This document shows, in pieces, positions 9,869-19,400 of a DNA stretch of 64,000 nt; positions within the stretch are counted from its first letter, which is position 1, and each line of letters begins with the position of its first letter. The notes under the pieces were generated by a model. It saw nothing but the letters and a program-made list of their open reading frames with translations. It was not told where the DNA came from and did no database searches. The translations under genes and the position numbers were made by a program. The stretch is from assembly GCA_948695535.1 (NCBI GenBank), contig CAPRTS010000007.1:3164-67163 (forward strand). The letters run 5' to 3'. The stretch is from an uncultured Eubacteriales bacterium. Lineage in GTDB: Bacteria > Bacillota > Clostridia > Christensenellales > UBA1242.

Positions 9869-11365
9869 ATGAGTAAAGTTGCAATCATTGAATTAGGTAC
9901 TAACCAAATTAAATTATCCTTGGTGCGTATTGAAGAAGGTAAGTATTTTGAAATCGAAAAAGAATATGCGGAATTTGTGGGTATCGACCACCACTTGGCG
10001 GACAGTGGTTTAATTAAGACCGTTAAAATTAAAGAATGTATCACCATTTTACAAATGTATAAACAAATTGCTTTGGCAAATCACGTGGATCAATTCTATT
10101 GTGTAGCATCGGCAAATTTAACCAAAGCCAAAAATTATCTTTCGTTTATTGAAGAAACTAATGCTGAATTGGATTTGGACTTTAAATTGCTAACCCAAGA
10201 AGAAGAAATAAATTCCTTATATACTGCGGTAGTTAACACTTTGGATATCAACAAAGGAATTATTGTTTCTATTTCAACGGCCAGCACGCGTATTATCAAT
10301 TATTGTCGTCGTGTGGTCTTGAATAGCCTGACTATTCCTGTGGGTGCCGCGAATTTTACCAATGTTGAAGACTTTAAGCAGGAGTTGCAAAACGCTGGTG
10401 ACATGTTCAAACAAGTTGATCGCGAAGCTCCGATTATTGGTTCAGACGAAATCTTCACCAGTTTTGCTCGCTTATCACGCAAGAAAACTAAATACCCACT
10501 TGATCTGGATCATAATTACAACACGACCAAAGATAATTTCCAAGCCATCTTATCTTTTTTGCAAGGTTTAGATGTCGAGAAGGGCGCCAAATTAAAAGGC
10601 ATTTCGGCTAATGGTATTGGCTACATTATGAACGGCATGCAAATTGCTTTGGCGATTATGGACTTTGTTGGGTTAAGTAATATTGTGATTAACCGCAATG
10701 CCCGTAATGTTGGTTTGGCTTACCGTTTAATGATGGGGGAAGATGAACGTCCGGTTACGGATGTGTGTTTGAACAGTGTGGAAACGGTACTGTGGGCGAA
10801 TGGACTGGACATGGAGCAAGCCAAATACCATTATTTCTTAGCGACTACTTTGTATTCGCAATTAAAAGTGTTGCACAAATTACCCCGTGTCTTTACTCGC
10901 ATTTTGAAAGTGGCAACCTTATTATATAATTTAGGGCACACGATAAATCAACTGTCGTTTAATAAGATTACCTATTACGCCATCTTAAACGCTAATCTTT
11001 ACGGTTTAAGTCATAAAGAGATTGTGATGGCGGCGTTTGTGGCCAGTTGTCGTAACTGGGATGACTTTATGCTGGCAGAATGGGTTAAATACAAAGACCT
11101 GATGAACGAAGATGACTTGGTAGCGGTGCGCAAGTTGGCGATCATTGCGGCTATGGCGGATATCATGAACATGCGTAAACAAAAAGTAGTCAAAGATATT
11201 TCTTGTGACGTGTTGGGGGACAGCGTAATTATTAAATTGGTAACTGATACAGATATGAAAAAAAATAAAGTTGACGTTGATGCGGCGAAGACTGAAATTT
11301 TCTGCTTGCGTAAATTAGCAAAAGAATTTACCCGTATTTATAAAAAGAATGTTGAAATTTTGTGA
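9869..11365 (+). CDS. Ppx/GppA-family phosphatase
   Basis: The N-terminal actin-like ATPase motif VAIIELGTNQIKLSLV corresponds to the consensus DxGSNSxRL. An HD-like segment (LLYNLGHTIN) lies in the C-terminal half. The start was set at ATG 9869 (MSKVAII), not the ORF-track 9851. Confidence 0.8.
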   Translation: MSKVAIIELGTNQIKLSLVRIEEGKYFEIEKEYAEFVGIDHHLADSGLIKTVKIKECITILQMYKQIALANHVDQFYCVASANLTKAKNYLSFIEETNAELDLDFKLLTQEEEINSLYTAVVNTLDINKGIIVSISTASTRIINYCRRVVLNSLTIPVGAANFTNVEDFKQELQNAGDMFKQVDREAPIIGSDEIFTSFARLSRKKTKYPLDLDHNYNTTKDNFQAILSFLQGLDVEKGAKLKGISANGIGYIMNGMQIALAIMDFVGLSNIVINRNARNVGLAYRLMMGEDERPVTDVCLNSVETVLWANGLDMEQAKYHYFLATTLYSQLKVLHKLPRVFTRILKVATLLYNLGHTINQLSFNKITYYAILNANLYGLSHKEIVMAAFVASCRNWDDFMLAEWVKYKDLMNEDDLVAVRKLAIIAAMADIMNMRKQKVVKDISCDVLGDSVIIKLVTDTDMKKNKVDVDAAKTEIFCLRKLAKEFTRIYKKNVEIL

Positions 11366-11419
11366 TGCCAGCGGCGACAAAATTGCTTGCCATAACGCGA
11401 AATAGTCAATAAACTAACA

Positions 11420-13420
11420 TTGATGATGAAGAAAGTGGGGAAATGGGCAGCCATTGGCCTGGGTGGCTTATTAGTCTTGGCGGTCATTCTTTTAATCATT
11501 GCTAATATGATTGAGAGTCGCGACATACTCAATTTGGCGGGTATCAACAGTCCTATTTTCGGTTACGGCATGTTGTTGATTCCGTTGTTGGCGTTGGCGT
11601 TTATTTTATTTAAATATTTTGATGTGGATAGTAAAGGTAAAAGTAAAACGGGAAAAGTATCCCAGTTCTATTCTAACCGTTGGATGACTAACAGTGAACG
11701 TGATAAAATTTACCTTTACACACGGGCTTCACAGTTAAAATCAATGAACAAAACGGGGCCATTGGCACGTTTTGAAGCAATTGGCAGTGATATTCACATT
11801 AACATGATCCCCAAAGATTACCACAGTATTGTTTTAGGTACTACCGGTGCCAATAAAACCCAAGGTTATGTTTTCCCGTTTATTTATACTTTGGGCTTTT
11901 CTAACGTTAAACCTAATTTGGTGGTTACTGACCCCAAAGGGGAAATTTATAACACAATGGCCGAAACTTTGCGCCAACAAGGTTATGACGTGCAGGTCTT
12001 TAATTTAAGTGAGCCTACGCGCAGTTCGCGCTGGAACCCATTTGAAAACGCGTGGAACATGTTTCAACGTGCTCAACACATTGAACGTGAAATCAAACGC
12101 TACGAAAATGCTGATCCGGCCAAAATGGGGTTACGAGTGGTGGCGTCCAGTTATCCGCCGGTTTGGTATGCTTTTAATGGTATTGCGTTCCCCAGCAAAG
12201 AAATGGCCGAAAACGAGATGCGTCTTTTCAAACAACAACTGATTTCTGATGCCGAAACCGACATCAAAGATATCTGTGCGGGAATTTGCCCAATAGAAAA
12301 TGAAAAAGATCCCAGTTGGGAACAAGGGGCTCGCGATTTGATCCAAGGTACGGCCATGGCAATGTTGGAAGACAGTTTGAACCCCAGTTTAGGTATGACT
12401 CGTGAAAAGTTTAATTTCTATAATATTGCGAAGATTTTGTCTTTGCGGGATAACGATCCGCAAGCCATGTTCAAAACTATTAAGAATTATTTTGAAGGGC
12501 GTGATAAATTATCTCCCGCAGCCGCTTTGGCACAAACGGTTACGTCCAATGCGGAAAATACCATGCGTAACTACTTCGGTATCGTGACACAAAAATTATC
12601 AATGTTTAATGACAAGGGAATCTGCTATATTACCAGTGGTACTGACGTTCGTTTCGAAGACTTTACCAAAAAACCAACGGCCTTCTTCTTGATTATCCCC
12701 GACCAAATTAAAGTGCGTCACCCGTTGGCTACTTTATGTATCTCGCAACTATATAAAGCGTTGGTAGCGGCGGCGAATCAGCGGGGCGGTAAATTGCCGT
12801 GGCCAACTTATTTTGTACTTGATGAGTTTGGTAATATGCCCAAGATTAATGATTTTGCAACCATTGTTACTGTCGCTCGGTCGCGCCGTATTTTCTTAAC
12901 CTTGGTTTTGCAAGATTATAAGCAGTTAGAAACCATTTATGGTACCGAAAGTGCAGTTACCATTCGTAACAACTGTAACCACCAAGTGTTTATTGGGGTT
13001 AACGACATGGATACTCGTAAAATGTTTTCGGATTTAATGGGCGACATGGAAGTTACTACTGAAAGCAAAAGTATCAGTCGTAATACGGGCAAGGCGGCCA
13101 AAGATGACGCTAACGGTGGCAGTGAATCGACCAGTACTAATACGGCCAGTCGTCCGCTGTTGCCTCCTAACGAATTACTGGATATGATCCCGGGAACAAT
13201 TTATATTTACTGTTTTGGCTTCCATCCGTTGAAAAGCAAGGTTACTTTATTTTATGAATGTCTTAATAAGGGCTTAATTAAATTAGTGCCGACGCCAGAT
13301 GTTTACGTGCCGGGTAAGTTTTTTGACGAAGCCGCGGTTTATTATGATATTCGTCGCCGTAATGATATCGTAATTCGACGTATGGATACCGTACAAAAGA
13401 AAGATCTATTTGAATGGTAG
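11420..13420 (+). CDS. Type IV secretion coupling protein (VirD4/TraG/TraD family), orphan
   Basis: Two N-terminal TMs. Motifs: NTP-binding LGTTGANKT, VVTDPKGEIYNTM, Walker B YFVLDEFGNMP, and ARSRRIFLTLVLQDYKQLETIYG. These are the T4CP hallmarks. The start could be 11420 (TTG) or 11423 (ATG). Confidence 0.85.
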   Translation: MMMKKVGKWAAIGLGGLLVLAVILLIIANMIESRDILNLAGINSPIFGYGMLLIPLLALAFILFKYFDVDSKGKSKTGKVSQFYSNRWMTNSERDKIYLYTRASQLKSMNKTGPLARFEAIGSDIHINMIPKDYHSIVLGTTGANKTQGYVFPFIYTLGFSNVKPNLVVTDPKGEIYNTMAETLRQQGYDVQVFNLSEPTRSSRWNPFENAWNMFQRAQHIEREIKRYENADPAKMGLRVVASSYPPVWYAFNGIAFPSKEMAENEMRLFKQQLISDAETDIKDICAGICPIENEKDPSWEQGARDLIQGTAMAMLEDSLNPSLGMTREKFNFYNIAKILSLRDNDPQAMFKTIKNYFEGRDKLSPAAALAQTVTSNAENTMRNYFGIVTQKLSMFNDKGICYITSGTDVRFEDFTKKPTAFFLIIPDQIKVRHPLATLCISQLYKALVAAANQRGGKLPWPTYFVLDEFGNMPKINDFATIVTVARSRRIFLTLVLQDYKQLETIYGTESAVTIRNNCNHQVFIGVNDMDTRKMFSDLMGDMEVTTESKSISRNTGKAAKDDANGGSESTSTNTASRPLLPPNELLDMIPGTIYIYCFGFHPLKSKVTLFYECLNKGLIKLVPTPDVYVPGKFFDEAAVYYDIRRRNDIVIRRMDTVQKKDLFEW

Positions 13421-13435
13421 GATACCAGCATTTTG

Positions 13436-13464
13436 TTGACGATATAAAATATTAAAATTATAAT
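13436..13464 (+). promoter_or_regulatory. Near-consensus sigma-A promoter of the 2.5k-aa surface-protein gene
   Basis: TTGACG (13436-13441), a 17-nt spacer, then TATAAT (13459-13464). Confidence 0.6.
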
Positions 13465-13490
13465 TTAACCATACTATGTTGGGGGAACGA

Positions 13491-16400
13491 ATGAAATACG
13501 GGCGAGGCCGGGTAATTGCTGTCGCACTGTTAAGTACGGTGCTGGCTTTGTTGCTGTCTGGTTTCGGTTTTTTATTAGGTTTCAGTAATTTGCAAACCCA
13601 AGCTGGTGATAATGATAATTACGATCCTTATCATATTCCAACTTTTGACGAAGCCTATGTCTTTGACCCAATTACCACTTCTGGCGAAATAACCTTGGGG
13701 CAAAATGCGGGGGCGGCAACAATATTTGCTTTACGTGATGAAAGTTACCGAAGTGATAGTGTCACTGCTTTGTTTAACGCCTCCCAAAAATTAGGTTTTA
13801 GTTCTTTACGCAACAAACGCAATCGCGATCCTTACGCCTTGTTTACTGACGCTGATATGCAAAGTATTGTTAATGGTATTGGCATGAATGATTATGGCGT
13901 CAAGTACGACGATAATAATGGTAATGGTCAATTTGATTATGAAGACCAAAACGGTAATGGCCAGTTTGATGTCGGGGAAGACACGAAGCAAGATAAGTTT
14001 GTGGCTTATTGTTTGCAGACGCCGGTGATTATGTTAGATACGATTAACGTTAACCAAGCAATCGTTTTTGAATTGTTGAACTTGCCACTGGCACCGTCAA
14101 TTAACAAAATGACGCAAAATGGGGAGAATATTCCTATTAAAAATATAGTTTTGGCCAGTGGGCAAAATGCGGATCACGTTTACGGCAGCAGTTTTACACA
14201 GACCACGATGCCCATGACCAAAGAGGAAGTTAAAGCTTTTAATGACCAAAAACGCCAAGAAATTATTCAAGGTAACGTTGGCTTAAACAAAGGTGATCCG
14301 GGTTGGATTGACCCCGATGACCCCGTTAATTATTTGGATTACGACGCTATGTTGGCAAAAAATACCTACGAAATGATTGGTGCGGGGGCGGTAGCCAGTT
14401 GTGGTACCAGCCTGCGCGGGGTTTTTAATCAAGAAGGGTTGTACGAATTTGATTTTACTTTATCGGTGCCGGGAGCTAATGGGGTGATAACCGAAATCAA
14501 ATTGGCGTTTGCTTTTTATATCACTGATCGTTCGCATTATACTGCTTACCCCAGTTTCCCTGACGAAAATCGGGCCGCGGGCAATGGTAATGTTTATAAT
14601 TATTCTTTTGGTGGCGAATATCCTATGGTCACTTATAACGAAAACTACTTTGATGTTGTTATTACCAGTACGGAAAAATATGCTGACAGTGCCAATGATG
14701 ATAGTATTCAAAATGCCGGCGACGGACGCACTTTGCAGTTTTCTGCGGTGGGGGAATATACCATGACCAGTTACCTGAAAAACTATTATTTTTACGTTGA
14801 CCAAGCTGACCCGAGTAAAAGTATTTATCGCGAACTGCGGTTGCCGCGTTACCGTGCTAATGTTAGTGTTCTTTATATTCGTGGTTTCCAAGCCTATTAT
14901 GGTGGACAACACAACCAACCCGAATACAACGGCCCGTTACCATTTTACAATGCCAGCACTGTTAACAGTAACATAACGCCATGGGTAACCAATAACCATT
15001 ATAACTTGGTCGATATGGTGAAAAACAAAAATCCTGACGCCAATGCGACTCTCGCTTACGCTAAGTTATTGACTGATGTGCTTGATCGTGAAGATGCCAA
15101 AAAAGAAGATGACTCCACAAAATTGGTGCCAATTCGTACTAACTTCCCACCCGTACAATTTGTCGGCAACGTCAATCACGCCTATGGTGCCGGCTTGGGC
15201 GGGGAAAACGTGCGTTTATCGACCGTCAGTTTCAAAGGTGTCGATGATTTTTCGTGGGGTGAACCGACTACTTATGAGCCGGGAAAGCCTTTTACTGATG
15301 CGGGTCGCTACTTGGTAATGATGTATTTCTGGGTTAATAAAACCTTATGTCAACAAACCTTTTACTTTGAAATTAGTAACGCCTTAGAAATGAAATTTGC
15401 CGTTACGGGTACTGAAGGGAAAGGTTACGAGATTTTAGAATATGACGAATTAGTACGTAAGGGGGGACGAGCACAAGGTAAAGCAATCACAATTATGTAT
15501 AACGGTGCAACTAAATTAGGTGAATTTGAAGTGCCACCGACCATCACTTTGGAACGGGCGTCATTAAACGACCCACGTCATTTTACCGATATAGAAATCA
15601 ACAAGGCAACTGATGGTTCTTTTAATTTTTATTTGGCACCGGCATGCTATCGTTTAACTGTCGTTTACGGAGCCTATGGTCAAGCCGCAACGGTAATCGA
15701 ATTGTTGGTCGATAACACGTCCGCAACCAATATAACGACCACTGCGCAATACCAACAACCACGGCTAAGCAATTTACCCACCAATACAGCGATATGGGGA
15801 ATGGGAAATATTACCTTATCGTGGGATAAAAAAGTCAGTGGCATTGGTTTCCGTAACGTTCAGGTTGATTATTACCGCAGTTTAATTGAAGATGCCAAGG
15901 CAGATCCTAATGCAGCCATAAATTATACTAATTACGACCCCAGCCAAACCAATTTGTTTGCAACCACAATTTTTAGTGAAGAACGTACTGCCACTCGTGA
16001 TTATACTCCGGTGTTGGCGGACGACCGCTGGTGTTTAACGGAAAAATTTAATCAAGCCGGAGTGTATTTGATTACGTTGACTGATGACGTGGGTAATGAA
16101 ACACAATATTTATTGATCATTGATGATGCTAAACCAACGTTTGTGCAAAAGTCGCCCGCACCCGTTAATTCGTCTAATGTAGTTGCCTATGATAAAAATG
16201 GTATTAATGTCGGCTTTGGTCGCAACAAAATGGTGATGTTCAATGTTGATTTAGCCAATGATGCGCCTTTTAAGGATTGGCAACAGTTTGCTGACTTGCG
16301 TGAGCAACAACTGATTGTACCGACGGCAACTGGTAAATACGCTTTGTCAATACCGTTGGCCAAGGCCGAAATGAACGTTAATGGGGGAGTATACGAAACT

Positions 16401-19400
16401 TTAAGTCGAGCTGAGCTGGAACTTGGTTATAAAATTGTCTATAAAGATGATACTTACTACTTTCGCGTTACTGATGTCTTGGGTAACGTTAGTGAGTATT
16501 ATATTATTCTTAGTAACGACATTAGTCGGGGCATTATTTACGCGGAAGACAGCGAGCAATCGTTTTCCAGCACGCGGGGTTTTTTGGCGAATAATAAACC
16601 CAACATGATGACCAGTTTGGTTACCGCTAAGGGTGGTATGACGAATCGTAATTATTTGACTTTTTCTTTTGACCAAGTAGAAAAAGGAGCAACCGCTTAT
16701 CGGGTAAGTACAATAAAACTGGAATATTACCCATTTACCTTTGATACTAAATCACCGAATTATCCGTTCGCGGCTAATCCGGTAACTTACTTACGTGGCC
16801 GTCAAGACAGTGCGGGAATTATTTACCGAGTTGATAATAGTGAACAAGGTGATGGCAAGGGCACATTCCGTTTGGCACTTTACAACAGTGGGGAAATTAC
16901 TCCGCGTGGTTTGTTTATAATTACGCGTACTTATGAAACCACAAGCAGTGATGATACAACGCGGGCGTATTATTTTATCGTTGATGACCGACCAATGTTG
17001 TCTTACGAAGCGAACGTCTACCAAAGTGATCTGCGGATTCGTTTCGGTGCCGACGATAAAATCGCTAACGCCAAAAAGTTTGAAGATTTCCATTACGAAT
17101 TGCGTAGCAATCGCGCTGCCGAAATTGCTGGTTATAGCAGTAAGTATCATGGCACCACGCGTTATTTGGGTTACGACTTTCCGTCGTTAATTCCCCGATT
17201 CAGTTGTGTCAATAATGGTCAAACAACCAACCTTGGCGAAGGGGCAATCAACGTGGTTTTGGGTAACGAATCGACAGGTGATGTTAATTACAAATTAGTT
17301 GTGGCTGATAACGCCCGTAATTTCCCCGTCTTGTTGACTGGTGGAGCCATCACGGAAATAATTCCTACCGGCAAAAGTACAAGTGCTAATTACAGTGAAT
17401 TGTTATTGATATTGGATACCGGCTATGGTACTAAGGCTCAATTGATCAAGAACGGACAAAATAACACGCCAATTACTAACACTCAAATGGAATACGATGT
17501 TGAGACGGGCGTTTACACTTACGTTGTTGATCCCGATGACATCAAGACGTTGACTTTTGAATTTACAAGCGATCCAGATAGTCTTTATGCCGACATTGAT
17601 ATTGAGGAAACTACCGCCAGTTGGTTTACCATCGGCTTAGACCACTCAGCGTACATCGCGCCGGAAATTGACGGAACAATCTATCGTTACGACATTGCTA
17701 ATACTTTTCTCAACAGTGCCGGTTTCCGTAGTGGCGCAAGGGTTGGGGTCTCGTTAATTACTAAGGATAACCAACACACCGATTACAATATTGTTTTTGA
17801 TTTGGACGATGGAGAACCAACCTATAACTTACGCCGCATTATCGAACAAGATAATTTAGCAAAAGACTTGGCGGAAATTCCCGACGGTTATATTTACGGG
17901 TTGAGTACAAAATTTGTTTTTGCTCCCGACACTACTGGTAATCGTTATTTGGATACCAAGGAAATTTCTTACCGTGAAGTTAATTACCAAGGTGACGGTT
18001 CCTTGCCGAAAACTATTTTCCGCTTAGATTCAGGTCTAACTTTTGCCGATATTGTTGGCTTACGTGACAACGAAATGAAATACTTCCGCATTACGGAAAC
18101 TGATTACGCAGGACATGTTGATGATTACGTTGTGCAGATTCAGGGTAAAAAATACAACGGGGCTGTTACTTATGTGGGGGCTATTCCTGATAAGAATACG
18201 GACGATGGTACCGTGTTGGGAATTGAAATGCGAGTCGCGACTGCCAGCGCACAACAATTTTACCGTAATAACAATTCCTTTAAATTTGTTAATGGTGAAG
18301 AATATTATGCCGTCTACTGTGGTACCGCCAAATGGTATTTGAACGGTAAGGCAGGAACAGGAGCCAGCAGTGAAGCCGAATTAGTTGCCGTCTTGAACGA
18401 ATGGATAAACGACGCCACGGAACTTGGTCAGCGTTGTCGTTATGTGCTTTATGACCGAATGGGGGAACCTAAGGTTTTTGCTTGTTATAATTTACGTGAA
18501 GACGCAGTGAAATTACAGTTAGAAGCGTATAATCTAATTCCTGACGCAGTGGTCACCAGTCCGGTTTGTTTGCAGACTGTTAACTACGATAGCTTGCCTT
18601 TGATTTTGAAAGATCCGGATTTGGCAAAGTTTTATCAAATTAAAATTACCGATGTCGCTACGCAAAGACCACTTGATAATAACTTGACCTTTACTTTGGG
18701 GATAACCACTTTATATAATATCAGCCAAGGACAAGAACTGATTATTGAAGTTACTGACCCCTTTAACCGTGTTAGTATAACTGAGTATCATGGTCAAGAC
18801 GAGGTGGGTTTGCAATTTGCACCTTACGGTAATACGGTTGATATTGAGGGAGTGACCTATGTCGGCGACAGTCGCGGTGTGCAATTTTCGTTCTTGCGTA
18901 CGGTTTACACCATTAACGTTTACAACGCTGATACGGGAGCGTTAGTTGGTAACTTGCCGACCTTTATTCAAGGTGATAAAGTCACTTATTCCTTTGTGCC
19001 GTCGGCGTTACGCGCGGATACCACTCGGTACCGCCTGGAAGCCGTAGGGCGTTCCAGTCATGCTGTTCTATACGAAAAAATCTTTGCTTTTGATACCCGT
19101 TTACCACAAGTAATTTGGACAAAAAGTGATGACCAAGAAATTGCGGTTAACGATCATACTTTCACTGGTACAATTAATCTGCACGTGGTCCCCAATCCGA
19201 TGTTACGTTTCAGCACTACGGTAAGTTACCAACGTACGTTTAACGGTATGGTGGAACAGGTAACCTTACCGAAGGGAATAGAAACTTTCCAATTCGACCA
19301 AAGTGGTGATTACGTGGTAACCTTACGTAACGCAATTTGGGCAACTAGTGTTTATAATTTCAAAATCGCCAATACCAGTGAAGCCTTAATAAATGTTTAC

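Noticed and set aside
13476-13490. ATG 13476 as the start of the 2.5k-aa gene, as in the ORF track.
   Set aside because: With the -10 box at 13459-13464, the transcript would start about 4-5 nt before this ATG. ATG 13491 has a GGGGGAA SD at ideal spacing. A leaderless start at 13476 is not excluded.
14460-14918. A 152-aa minus-strand ORF, plus many 60-120-aa ORFs on both strands, inside the 2.5k-aa and 6.8k-aa genes.
   Set aside because: They are fully nested in the giant coding frames, lack start-site signals and have odd composition. They are almost certainly not genes.
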